Origin: Chrysomallon squamiferum
Lineage: Eukaryota; Animalia; Mollusca
Assembly: GCA_012295275.1 (NCBI GenBank)
Contig: CM022670.1
Location: forward strand, 23,684,001 to 23,748,000
DNA length: 64,000 nt
Direction of reading: 5' to 3'
The notes beneath the pieces are model-generated. The model searched no databases and was not told the origin of the DNA. It saw only the letters and a program-made list of their open reading frames with translations. Made by a program: the position numbers and the translations under genes. Shown one piece after another: positions 13,893 to 42,919 of the stretch. The stretch's first letter is position 1. Each line of letters starts with the position of its first letter.

Positions 13893-16800
13893 TATATTTA
13901 AATGATATGTTCATAACTAGTTTACATTTGAAGTTTGAAGGACAAGGGAGGTTTCGGCTGGGTTCATGGGTCATTAACTGTATTTTGGCAATGAACTGCA
14001 AAACGAAATAAAAAAAAAAATTAAAAATTAATAACAGTAAATGAACTGTTATATGAAAACAAAGAAGATGCATTCTATTTATTTTTTTTTAAATTAAATC
14101 AAATAAAAAAAATTTTAAATAAAAAAAAAAAATAATTTAGATAAACTTTAAGAATACATTTTTAGGATTTTTCTGTTTTTCTTTTAGAGCAAGTGTGTTA
14201 GTAGTAGATATAGAAAAGCATTTAGTAAATAAAATATAAATAGCAATAAAAATTATAAAAAATAAACAAATCTATCTGATCTGAAATTTGTAGGTAATGA
14301 ATTACTACAAAAAGTTATATTTGTTACTGTTGAAGTTAAAAAAACAATTTACATAATTAGAATAATCAATATATAATTTAATTGTTTATTGTACATTATA
14401 ATTACAATCAAATAAATTCATTTTTTAAACAATTTGTAAAATGAAATGTTATATTTATATTTGATGAATTTGTTATTTATTCGTCATTTTTCCTTTAAAT
14501 AAATGTAGAGTTGAAAAATGTTTGAAATGAAAGCAGTTCTGGGATGTCATTGAAAAGAAAACCAGAATTTAAAAAAAGAAATCCACACAAAAGCCAGTGA
14601 CTGTAAAATTGTTCATTGCTACAAGTTGAGCAGTGTTGTGATTTCAAGTTTCATTTAATTGTTTACCATCAAACTTTTTTTTTAAAATTACTGTTTTACT
14701 TAATATTTTAACTGTTTTGTATTCACAGTGTTACTCATATTTTCAGACATTAATTTTGTTTTATATATTTAGCTAATGTTTTTGAAAATTAAAAGTGTTT
14801 TAAACATCAGTTTCAAAATAAACCATTTAAGTTTCATATCATTAATTTTTATTTATTAACAAATAATCTTGAATTTGAAGTTTCATTTTGCACTAAAAAC
14901 ATTTTAAATACATAAATATTTTGTTTTTGTGATTCAAGATATTATTTTAATTTTATATATAAATTGTTTGCTTAGAAGACTGATTAAAACAGAACCTCAC
15001 ATATTTAGATTATATTTAACCTTTTTGCTTTTATTTATTTTTTTTTTTTTAATACTTTTTTGTTAATTTGTAAAAATAATAATATGAGTGTTGTATAGTT
15101 GAAATTGACTGATCATGGTTTATAACACTAGTTGATTGTCTTTTTGTGATTATTTATCTGTATTGAAAGTCTAAATTAATCTTATTTGTTGGGATTTTCT
15201 TTTTTTCCCCCCTCCTTGTTTGTTTAGTTCTTTTTTTTTTAAATTTCATTTTGACCTCAATAAAAGACAGGAAATAGGGTTCTGTATTAGGAGACAAAAT
15301 AAATGTAAATTTAAATATCTAGTTAAAATTGTAATGATGCTTTTGTTATACTTTGCAAAGATGGATATCTGCATTAAAGTTATCCATTCTTTAAATTCCA
15401 AACTAAAAAAAAAAATTCTTTTTTTTTTTCCATATATGAATATTAAAAAAAAAAAATCAAAAGATATAGAAGTTAAATAACTTGGAATATGTAATTTCAG
15501 TGCTGCTAATTTTTATTTCAAATTGGAACCCTATTTGGTGTATTAAGACTTAAGGTATTGAGGAATTGCAGACAAGTTAAAATGATGTCTGATAATGACA
15601 GGTTAAGTGTAACTGTTAACACAAACAAGTCACAGTGTTTTGTGAATACGTATTTATTAAAGTAATGTGTAACTTCATTTTTGTATATATGTGGTCATGT
15701 TTTAGTGTCATGGGTTGTATCAGATTAGTTCAGTTTTATACAGGTGATAAATTCTAACTTTTGTTCCTCACATATTTGCACAATAAAGCTCTACTTACAG
15801 TTGCATGTACAATCATTAATTTTATTATTAAAAATATAGAAAAAATTTGGTCACTAACCTTGAAATAAATAGGTTTACTCTGGGGTAAAATTTGTCGAGT
15901 CGTTTTCAGTTATATATGAACTCAAAATAACTCCACGAATACAGACATGTTGATGTTAATTTTCAACACTGATCTCATTTTATTTTTTAAGATAAACATT
16001 TTTATGAATAGTTTGTAGCATGACAGTATCATTAATGTATGCAGGTCTATTATGCATTCAGAATGTAAAAAGACCAAGTACAGAAATTTCTTTTGTAAAA
16101 TTCCAAATTTCATTAAATATGGGTTTTTTTCTTTTTACCCTTTTTATTTATTCTGGTAAGTTATGTTGAAAAATGATAGTGGGATTAATTGTGCAGTGTG
16201 AATAACAGTGGCTTCTGCTGTGACAGCTCATTGGGTGTTGTGTGAAGCAAAAAGTATGTTTGTTGCATTTGACTGTTTATGGAATGGTGTAATAAACATT
16301 TTGATGCAGAATTTGATTTGTTTTTTATTTTATAAACAGTTGCAAGTTTTTCCTACTTCAAAAATAATATACACAAGATATACACAGTTAGATCTAATAG
16401 ACAGCTGGGTTTGTCTTCACCAAATCAGATATTTTTTGTAAGCTAATGTACAACTAATATCAGCAACTCAAGGAACATTCTGAGAAATAATTTTTAAAAT
16501 GCATTGTATCTGACAAACTAATTAAAATGCAAAATAGTAACAGTATTAAAAAAGTTGACTGTCATTTTTGTTTTCCAAAAACTGTTTTCCACATGTCCCT
16601 CTTTACAAAATAAAGAATCCTACTGAAAATGAAAAATAATTCATATTGATTCATCATCTATTTAAGTATTTCACACTGTCTTTTCTTTTTTAAATCCTAG
16701 GCAAATTGTAAAATGATTTAAAAACAAATACCCAATACAGGTTATTAATTTTATTTATTGAAAGCAAAACTGTGATTCAAATAAGGACAAAACAAGTGGA

Positions 16801-17167
16801 CTCTTTCAATTTATCATAAAACATTGCAGAGATTTACAGGCCAAACAATTACAGATCACTTTAAAATGAACTTTGTTCAGCTGTTTTTCTTAATTTTCCA
16901 GGAAAGATGCAGGTGATGATGCTTTAAAAAGATCTGTTGTTTGTCAAAGTTGTCAGTGCAAAATAATTTTTCCAAGAATCAGAGATAGAAAACAAAATTC
17001 ACATTTTGATGTTCTGTATTTTCTGTATATTAAAGGCACCCAAATTTTATTCTCTTCAACAATTACACAAAACACTTTTGTCCATCAGCCATACATATAA
17101 AAAATGCTCAACAAACATCTCTCAGTTTAACAACTGGGTGCTGTTTTTAAATCACAAATAATTATGA

Positions 17168-20100
17168 CTACTTGGAAGGATATCGCTCGACGATAGATGC
17201 GTGTCCCTGAAATATAAATAAAATTGACAATTCAGAATTTTTACATAAATATTAGCAGTCTACAACACATCAAATTTTAAAATAAAATAAAAATGTTATA
17301 TGTATTTTAAATACCTTACAAAAAACTCCACTGTACATTACTAATGCCATTTTAACTGTTTTTCTTTAGAAATGCTGAAATGTCATTGAACTAATTTTCT
17401 ATAAGCAGTAAAGTATTTCTTTTCTTACTTTGATTTTTTTTTTTTTTGTTATTTATTTATTTAATTATCATTATTATTATTATTTTGTTTTGTTAGAGAG
17501 GATGGGTTTATTCACAAGCATGGACTTATTCCCAGTGAATTACAGGAACACAGAATGTTTTTCTTTTTGTTTTATTTTTATTTTCTTCTGTAAGGACAAT
17601 TTTGGATAAACAAGTGCAATAAACTTTTCTGTTTAAAATAATAACAATAACAATAAAATTATTATTAGATACTAACAAGTCCTCCAGCTGCACAAGCTGC
17701 GACTAGTGCATATTGTCCACCATCCTTCTGAAGACGATTAGCTGCTGTTGTTACCAATCTGACACCTGTAGCACCGAATGGATGTCCCAGAGACAGAGAT
17801 CCACCCCATGCATTTAACTTCTCCAAGGGTGGACACCCAAACTGAAGAATATCAGAGAACAGACAATACATTATTAAGTTGGTTATTGCTAAAATGTTCT
17901 TGTGTGTACTTTCAAAAAGAAATGCAGTATTTTTATTATCTTTTTACTTCATATTTTATATCATAATTCAGGTTCCAAATTATAGTTTTATCAGAAAATT
18001 CTATTAAATTTATAAACAGTTTTCAAGTCTTTTAAATTTCAACCAAAACTATACCTTGCTTGATCTTCCCATGTAGGTCTTGGCAAAGAAGTCAGAGTCC
18101 AAAGCTTTCATATTTGCAAGAATTTGCCCCTTAAAAAGAAACCAAAATATTAATCAATATTAGTGGGAAAAAATAAATCCCAATTAACATAAAATAATAA
18201 CCTTGGTAACAACTACAGGCTGAAGCAGATAGCTGTATTAATGAAGAGAAAGTTTAAAAACTTCTGCAGGCTGTTTTTTGAAATTTTCTTTTTAAAAATA
18301 TTTTTCTTTCTCTTGTTATGTTCATTTAATAGGGGAAAATCTATTATATTTTTAATTCTTTTCAGATTTGGCTGACATTTTAACATAATGCCAGATTTAC
18401 ATTAGAAAACAGATATAAAAGTTCAATAAAACAATTCTGAACTCATGAGGGGTTGATTTCATTGCTTTCTGCACAAAATCTGGATCTCCAGATAACTGAT
18501 AGGTTAAATGAACTCAAATTTTGAAAGTAAATATTTAAAATGCATTTGCATGGTATAACAGAGTTGTTCTTATTTTTTTTCTTCTATGATCTTTTTAAAA
18601 AAAATTTTATAATTTTTTCAGTTTTTAAAATATTCTTACAGAATCATAAACAACAAATGAATATGTATGCATCATAACATTTTTTATTTCTTTTTTTTTA
18701 TCAGTATTGCTCTGTTAAAACATGAAGAACACCTGAATATTTTAAAAGATTCTGTTGGAAATTCAGTGAGATCAATACAAAAAACAGCAGTGCAGCAAAA
18801 AATATGCAGTTGAGAAAATCAAAGTTAGTCAGTATTACTGACCATTTTTTGTTTCTCATTACCTCCTGAGTCCATCAAAGCTGATCTTTTCTATGACTCT
18901 GGCCTTTCACAAAACTAAGTACATGTTTTTGCTTACAATCTGACAATGAAATTTCATACACAATGGTGACAGATAAGCAAAGAAGTGCAGATTTCCAGTT
19001 ATGTGATAACATTTTAGCTTATCACTGTTGCTTATTCAACACAGTCTCAGCTGTCATAATTCTTGGATAGCATGGTCTCCTTTCCTAAACAGTAATTCAT
19101 AGAAATGGCTGAATGTTTCAAAACATTTGCTATACCATCATACAGTCCAAAAGTAGAGCTTTCCACTGGTATGGAGTTTGTCAACAAAAGAAATAAACTG
19201 ACAGTGCAAAAATCTAATTTTATTGTGTCATATTTATTCAGGACAAAAGTCAGATGACAAAGAATATGAATTTAACATAATTGAACAGCATATTTTAGCA
19301 TGCATCAGATGTTTGCTGTCACAAGCTGCTTACATCTAGTCCTTAACTTTCAAAACAACCTTTATTGAAAATGCTTTCACTATGTATAGATGCATTGGAA
19401 TCTAGCAAATTTACTTCTTTTTCTAATGTTTTTTTTCTGTTGTTTTTTTTTTTTTTTTTTCAATCAGTGAACAAAGTTGAATGAGAGTTAGGATCAGATG
19501 AAGGAGCAAAATAAATTACAACCTGATAAAAATGAAAAGTGTATAATAAATATTTAGACTTCAGAAACTACTAAATCTAATCCTTTCTAACAGACAGTAT
19601 TAAAAAAATAACTATTCAACATAAATAAAATACGTTATTAAGTGACAGTAACTTACTGCAAAAGCTTCATGATATTCAAAAACACTTATGTCAGAGAGCT
19701 GGAGCCCAGCCTTTTCAAGAATCCTTGGTGTTCCATAAGCTGGCCTGAAATTACAATAAAGTAAAAAACATTTAAGATTTATAAAAACCAGATCTATAAA
19801 TAATAAGTAAGTTCAAGGGTGCTTTATAGTGTAAACTAATAAAATGAAATATATAAAGTCATGGACATAAACATATTAAAATAAATGTAAAGATAATGGT
19901 GAACATGTTAAAATGGTGGTAAAAATAAATCAATCACATTTAAAAACTGTTTAAAATAATTAATAAACTAGCTCGCACATTTTAAAATAGGAAAAATAAA
20001 ACAAATTATATATGTGAACAATGTAGATTTGAAAGAAATGGGTTTTCAGTAGTGTTTTGAATGCTGTTTCAGCCTCCCTGAAGTTACCTATGAGTGACTT

Positions 20101-23100
20101 CCACAAAGTCAGTGCAGCACAAGGGTAATGTTGTTCTCTGACAATGACGCTATTCGAGTTTCTATTGTTCCATTCACAGATTAATTAAAAAATACTTGCC
20201 CAAGAAGAAGTTGATCAGCTGGGTCCTGAGCAACGTACAAGAAATCTCTCAGGTAAGCTTTGGGTTTCAATCCCATCTCAAGTGCCTTCTTTTCTGACAT
20301 AATCAAACAAGCTGAAGCTCCATCAGACTGAAAATATTTACAAATTAATAATCTTCATGCAAAGAGGGTATTTCTTAACACTACAGTTAATTCCTTTCTG
20401 TCTAATTTCATTATTTAAGAGAAAAAGCAAAGCAGTATAATATTTAAATGAATTGTATTTTATAAACAAAGAAATTATTTTAATATTTTTAATGGAAAAG
20501 GAAAATCTGGATTTTATAAATTATTTCTAATGTATGTTGGAACTGTCAAAAGTCATAATTTTTTTTATTAAATGCAACTTACAGGTAATAATTTAACTTC
20601 TGATCATTTTGGATTTTTTTTTTTCCCACACTATTTCTAGTATAATATCAAAATTAATGGAATAGGTTAAAATCAAAGACTACATTTCACACTATAATAA
20701 TATTATTATATTTACCAGAAAAGAGGAATTAGCTGCTGTAATAGTACCATGAGGTTTAACAAATGCAGGTTTCAATTTTGCCATCTGTGCAAGTGAAGAC
20801 ACTCTAACACCATTATCGGAGGCAACTGGCTCTGCAACACCTGAAGTACAAAAATAATTACATTATTTGCTAACATAGATAACAAATTCAATCTTATTTC
20901 TTTAACAAGAGGTCAAACAGCCAATATTCTGAACTAATAAGTAACTTAGGATACAGAATAGAATATTAAAAATAAACTAAAATTAAAATAATTTACTTAA
21001 AAGTTTAATGTCAAGTCAGCAAAATATTTAACAAACAGTAATTTTGTGTTTCCAAACTCACATTTGTAACAAGACTAAAATTTTAAGGCAATGTGCAGCA
21101 GTAGAAAAAAACAACTAAATTTGGTGATTTTTACTTTCTTGTGGATGTACCTCCCTGAACATGTCTATTTTCAGTTCTCAAACCTCAATTTCATCAAAAA
21201 TGTCCTTTTTAAGCTGTAAAAATGTATTTATAAATGCTATCCATTCATATTTGCATTAATTTGCTCCGAAAGGTGCTTGAATAAGCAAAGTTTTAGGCCC
21301 TGGTAGCCTCATACGAAATGATCTAGATTATCTCCCCTCTACTAGGTAAACTGCCTTGAACCAGTATTTCATTTTTGTTTACTTCAGCACCTTTGACAAC
21401 AGAAGGTTTTGTTTTGGGTGATAAAACTTGAATATAGTTTAAACAGGAAATGTATGACTGTGAACGTGATGCCAAGTGACTGGCTAAATGTCTGAAGTTT
21501 TCGAGCAAGATTGAGAAATAAATAATGGAAATCAAAACATGTTTCTCATCTTTATTTTGTGTCCTTCTCATTTTCCATTTTCCAACTGAATAACAATTGG
21601 TAGCTAAGGAATCAATCAAATGTTTTTCCTATCCATAAATAATAGTAAACTGATTACAATAAAACCAAATAATGAATTTAAACCTGTACCTGGAACTTTG
21701 TATGTCAGTCTATCAGACAAAAGACCTTTCTCAGAAGCTTCATGAGCCAGTGTGTGTGATCGCAAAGCAAACTCATCCTAAAACAAAAATTTAATTATTT
21801 TTTTTATTATTCACAAGCAATGTCCACAACCAATTAAACATGCATCAATGTAAAAATATTCCCAAATTCTGATATCTGGTTTCCATTATTAAATTCTTTT
21901 TTAAATTTAATTCTAAAATGAAAAGATTATTATATATCACTAAAGTATTAAGTCAAATTTTATTTAATATTTAATCTAAAAACCATTTATCTGATTTTTT
22001 TCAAAATAAAAAAAAGTTTTACCTGTTCTTCTCTGCTTATGGCAAAGGCAGCTGCCAGCCTATCACCAGAATGACCCATTGTTTCCTCTGTTGAAAATTC
22101 TGACACACTAGGTAACTAAATTAACATACATGATTTAAAATACATTCCAATAATATACACCTACATTTATTCTCTTTTTCTGCCTTTCATTCTAATTATT
22201 AAAACTGCAACAGGTTTTTAATTCATCTAAAATAAATTCTTAATTTGAAAATCTAACTTGCTTCAACTTTTTAAATATGTTCTTATGTAATAAATAAACT
22301 TTAAACACCAAAAAAAAAAAAAAGGAAAGAAATAAAGTAATTGATATTACTCTGTTCAGCACTAAATAACCATTTTACCTCAGGTGTGAGCGCAGCCACT
22401 GAAAACATTTGACCCAAGAGCTGAAGACGGGCTGGAATGGTTTTAGCTTTGTTCATACTTAACATTATCTTACGCATCTTGCGGCTGTGACGAATTGGTA
22501 CATCAGACATGAACTCAACACCACCAGCAATAACTGTGTCACACTGACCAGATGCAATCAGACCAATAGCTAAAATACAGATATAAATGCATCTTAAGCA
22601 ATGGCATGGTTCAAAAAACTAAATCCCAACTGTATGTAACTGTGTTGTTATGAAGGTTGTTTGATTCTGTTAAATACTTGTATAAATTTATAACTATTTA
22701 TTAAATCCTTACTTCCTAAATGTTACAACTGTACTGAAATTATCATGAACCAATTCTTAGTACATATAGTAAAATATCTCTAGAAACAAAGGACAGGAAA
22801 TTGGATTTGTGGATTTGTTTGGAACCACTATTATTAAAATATTAGGGTTACGAGTTCAAATTTAAATTCAGAATTCTTATTAATATTTTCACTAGACAGT
22901 ATGTACCAATATACTGTTCAGAAGTCTGTAGTGTGTGATTAAAGGCTGAAAGGTTTTTTTATTATTATCTTAGAAATCAAAGTTTATTTTTCATTCAGGT
23001 CAAGTTTACATTCTTTCTTGCTTTTTCATTTTTTAAATGTTTTTCAACTAACCATTCATTTCATAATGAACTTTTTAGTGACAGAGTTCTGTAAAGATGT

Positions 23101-25187
23101 TTCCACAGATTTACCTGTGGTGATTGCCTGGTTTGATGATATACATGCTTGTGTAACTGTATGAGCTGGAATTCTGTCAGAAAACCCTGCTCCGAGTGCA
23201 GACTGTAAAACAAAAGAGGAAATAATGTTCTTTTTATTTATAGCTAAAGTGTTGTATAAAACTATAATCATCACTTCTTTAACAACAATCAATTTTTAAA
23301 TACTATGACTAAGTGTCGGTTTTCTTATCTATGATGTTATCCTCTTTTTTTAAATTTTTGTTATTTACTTTATTTTTTATTTTTTTACATATATATATAT
23401 AGGAATGGTTCTTTCACATTTAGTTATTATAAACTATTTGTGTTGTGCAAGACTTAGTATTTTTAAAATAAGTTACATCTAATCAATATATGAAGGTATC
23501 AGCTTGTCATTATTTTATATTCCCTTCATAATATTTTCACATTCAATATTATAAAGCTTCAAATTAATAATCACCTTAAAAGTAAAAATAGAAAGTAATC
23601 AAAATTTAAATATTTACCTCTCTTGCTACATTAGTAGTTTTCACCTCTTGTATCACTGTTCCACATACAATATACTCCACTAAATCTAAAAATAAAAAGC
23701 TTTTGTAAACTGATTTGATATCCAATTTATATAAGAAACTGAAATAGGCTTAATTCAGAATGAACCAATGTCTTCAGTTCTTGTTTTGAATTCTAATTTA
23801 TCAAATAAATGTATAATGGACAATTATTATTTGCTCTTAGAATACTTGTTTCAGACTAAAATACTGTCTCTGCAGAAATTATTTTCTTGAGTAAAAACTA
23901 TATTTTAAGGACCATGATTATATGGTTATGTTGGTAATATATTAAAAGGCTACCATTTTTTTTTTTTTTTTCTGATCTTTAGATATTAATCAATATCTTA
24001 ACATGATCGAGTTTTCTATATCCACTAACACTATTATTGTAAAATGATTATCATAATGTAATTTATTACCTTTTTCAATGCCAGTTCTCTTAATAAGACC
24101 CCTGCAAACACAATAATTATAATTTTCAAAAGATGAACATTTATACCTCTTACTGAAAAAGTGAAATTTTATTTTTATACAAATCATAATTAAATTCATC
24201 CAGCAATATTATTTTTTTCAAACATTTGTGTAACAATTGAAACCGGCATGAAATGTGAAAAATGCTTTGTATTTTATTTTGTTTTTGTGACAAAAAAACA
24301 AAAAAAAGTTATATTTTTGACTTTGGAAATACACTTCTGGTAAATATATTTGTTAAAATATTGTATCTTTATTCTAACAATCACTGATCTTATTCCCAAA
24401 CAGTAAAGTTATATTTTAAAATAAGAATTGTCTTACTGTAAGGCTGTTCTAAGAAGATCATGTGCCATGAGATTTTTGTAGTGGGTTCCTGACATAAGAA
24501 ATGGAGTGCGAACACCTTCAACCAGGACTACATTCCTTAAATCTGGCTTGGCCAATGTCTTTTTTGAAGCTGAAATAACATTAATAATTGCTATCTCTAA
24601 GATATATTTCATTTCTTTGAGGCACATTATTTTGTCTTCATATTTATTTGGGTTTTTTATATAAAATTTAAAAAAATAGATTTTACCATATTTTCATATA
24701 ATTTTTTAATGCAGACCCATCTGAAACAATTTAAGAAGAAGAAATATTTGACTAACAACTTTTTATGCCAGTATTTATTAAGTGTCCAACAAATAACCTT
24801 GGAGAGGAACCAATTACCAAATATGCACTTTATCACAATCTACACAAGAAAACAGTTATCAGGAATGTTTGACTCACCTGACTGAGCTGCATGCTGGGTT
24901 GATGATGTACTTAGACATTTTAAAATGTCTGCAACAAAAAACAAAATAAATAAAAATTAATATCCTTATGAAACAAACTGATAATGGATAAAATTGATAC
25001 TATTCTTTGCCAAAAATGTTTTCACCAACATGCTGTAAAAAAGTGGTCTAATCCCCAAAGAAAAAAGAAATAACTCTATAAGTAGAAAACATAGTGTTGC
25101 AAATTTTACATACAAAAAAAAAAAATAATAATAATAATAATGAAAATGAAAATAAAATTTCAGAGAGAATGTTTCTCTGTGTGTGTT

Positions 25188-25256
<69 letters not shown>

Positions 25257-25743
25257 TCGTTTTTATTTGGTTTATTTTGTAGTCATTTTTGTTGAGTTCT
25301 TTAAGAAAAATGAGATAAAAGTTACTGAACAGTGTTAGCTGATATTTAACTTTTTTTAAAGATGATTACTATTTTATTTTATTGACTTATATTTATTTTT
25401 AAATGAAATTAGAGAGAAATTGATCGTGGGATCACATCGTTGTGGAAGAAAACTTATGGTAATTGCACTAAACTATTAATACTTCAATAATAAAATAGGT
25501 TACCATTAAACGAATTGATTAAATGTTGACTCGAACTTCAAAGCCTAGGCTAAGGCTAAGGAACTGTCAAAATAACAACTATTTAATGTTCTTTGGAAAC
25601 AAATGCAAAACTCATAATAATTAGTTTCGTTAATTTATATTTAAAGTAATTCAACATATCTGTTGTTAATAAAGATTAGAATGCATACTTAAGTTGTCAT
25701 GGAACCGGGCAACGCGAGCACCTCTCTGCAATATTGCTGCCAT
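17168..25743 (-). CDS. HADHB: Mitochondrial trifunctional enzyme subunit beta (long-chain 3-ketoacyl-CoA thiolase), 15 coding exons, ~472 aa
   Basis: Minus-strand exons: 25689-25743 ([17 protein letters not shown] presequence-like), 24878-24928, 24437-24569, 24070-24101, 23618-23685, 23115-23202, 22379-22569, 22023-22115, 21690-21777, 20716-20840, 20200-20327, 19657-19744, 18055-18129, 17677-17841, 17168-17206 (TAG). Total 1419 nt, in frame. Thiolase motifs: [24 protein letters not shown], catalytic Cys in [52 protein letters not shown]. Confidence 0.97.
18354..19120 (+). repeat. Interspersed repeat copy A (~0.77 kb) in a HADHB intron; unclassified old element
   Basis: Colinear shared blocks with 31185-31980: AATTCTTTTCAGATTT, CAAAATCTGGATCTCCA, AAGATTCTGTTGGAAATTCA, TGCAGTTGAGAAAATCAAAGTTA, TTACCTCCTGAGT.CATCAAAGCTGA, GCTTACAATCT, CAATGGT.ACAGATAA.CAAA, TAGCATGG. 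Confidence 0.85.
19770..20150 (-). mobile_element. L2-clade LINE 3' end remnant in a HADHB intron
   Basis: Minus strand reads [31 protein letters not shown], matching the L2 ORF2 terminal pattern AAPxLWNxLPxxIRxxxxxxxFKxxLKTxLF. It is followed by an AT-rich 3' UTR with an L2-tail-like TAAAGCACCCTTGA. Confidence 0.7.
25190..25255 (+). repeat. (TG)n microsatellite in HADHB intron 1
   Basis: Direct reading. Confidence 0.95.
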
Positions 25744-25987
25744 GATGGTATTGTCTGAACTTTGGACTCACGTGACAACAGGTGCCCTGATGAATTTATC
25801 AGTAATAATAAAAATATATATATTTACATAATATGTCAGCAAAAGTGTATATTTAACACAAAGGTATATTCCTCTAAAGAAAATAATTTGAATTATATTA
25901 CTTATACCGATGGAAATTGTACAAATTTAAGTACGTGATTTGGTGTTAAACAACGAGAGTTCAAAGGTTAGCCGGTTCCGACAAAAC
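25744..25987. promoter_or_regulatory. Bidirectional promoter / shared 5' region of HADHB and HADHA
   Basis: 244 bp between divergent ATGs. Contains DR1-like AGTCCA-A-AGTTCA on the minus strand (25756-25768), E-box TCACGTGAC (25768-25776) and DR1-like AGTTCA-A-AGGTTA on the plus strand (25958-25970). CpG is locally retained. Confidence 0.85.
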
Positions 25988-41234
<15,247 letters not shown>

Positions 41235-42185
41235 AGACCTTTACCAAAAAAAAAATGTGTGAAAGGATCAATTTGGAATATAGATGTGAAAATGTGTTAA
41301 TGTGAGCACTACTCTGACGTGTGTTAGTGAAACTCTGTGACTTGAAATGTTCTGACTGTGATGGTTGCACCTCCAAGTTTTTGCTTGTGTATATAAATAC
41401 AATTAAATGCTGCACCCATATAAATACTTCACTGCATGCAGTGTCACAGCTATATATTTCAATCATGATAAACCTTTGTATTAAATCTATACTGGATCAA
41501 TTTTTTATTTATTTCTTGAAAGATGCACTGACAGTTTAATACTACAGCATTTATTTGATCATTTTTGGAGGAATTTATGACATGATCGTGTACAAGTAAA
41601 AGAGAAAATATTGTTTGTCATAGACTAGGCCTGCCATCATCAAGCTTATGTTAATACTGGACTGTGAATATTTATTTTTCTAGAAAACTTTATAAATGAA
41701 AAAGCTAGACACATTTTCTGTAATGTTTAACAATTTAAAGTGTATTTACAATGTTTTCTAATTATTTATGTTAAGTTTTTACAAATTTCTCAAATGAACC
41801 AGCAGTAAATGACTTACAAATTTATCTAAGCTGTGTAACTTCTATAATAATATCTTGATTAAAAAATAAGAAACATTTGCATTTTGTTATACACAGATAT
41901 GTAAATTTTTCCACCAACATTACAAAGTTTTCATTCGAATCATTATCCTGTCATGACATTCTGGTTTAAAAATACAAACAGCTGCTTTCATTGCAGTGAT
42001 TGTTCAAAAATGAACAATGCAAGTAAAAACACATCATTGTATTGCTCTGACCCCTTCACAAAAAAGCCTCCCTTTTTGACAACTGCATGTGAAACAATTT
42101 TTTAATGCTTCCAAATTTTATTTTTGTTTCATATATAAAGATGTTTTATTTGTTTTTTAAGTCAAAGGGGCATCAAAAGCAATAT

Positions 42186-42220
<35 letters not shown>

Positions 42221-42824
42221 TTGTTCTATCAGTGTGAACCACGGCCCGTAATAATGCAAACATTACTGCTCAGCATCTTAATTAAGAGATCTGCTTGAAA
42301 AAAGGCCAATCTCCACAACCGGCATGAAATGCATATTATTACTACGTCGTGTACCCAGTGTTCCATGTTTTAGCCGAGTAAAGGAATAATGGGTCACGAG
42401 TAAGTACGAACGCACGAGACAACCCTTACTCCTATAATCCCTTCATAGACAAAAGAAAGGCTTATTATCAGTACAATAGAACAAGGTAGATGAAAACGAG
42501 GGATTAAGTATGTTTTTACCGTAACAGATTTGTTCACCCGTTGAGCAATAAAACGGCAAATGAATTTCTGTGTGAAGCGGAAGGCACGCTATTTTATTAC
42601 TGTTTTATTGGTGGTGGTAATAGTAGTAGTAGTAGTACTTGTTTTGTTTCGTTTTTAGCTGGGTTTTTTTTTTTTTTTTTTTTTTTTGTGCCAGGCCATG
42701 GTCAACACCCTCGATGCCAGACATTCTCTCAACCTACAGGTTAAAATAATAATAATAAAAAATAATGGACAGTTCCCCATCGCCTGTTTTTTTTTTTTTT
42801 ATTTTATTATTTTTTTTTTTTTGT

Positions 42825-42897
42825 GAGCATCGGTCTCGTGAACCGTTCCTACAACCATCTCCCTATGGCCCCGCTACACCACTGAGCTCTGCCTCCA
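42825..42897 (-). mobile_element. Possible tRNA-derived SINE head remnant
   Basis: Minus strand GGAGGCAGAGCTCAGTGGTGTAGCG resembles a tRNA 5' half with A box. The B box is poor and no cloverleaf forms. Confidence 0.25.
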
Positions 42898-42919
42898 GTT
42901 TCATTTTGGAATTAAAATA

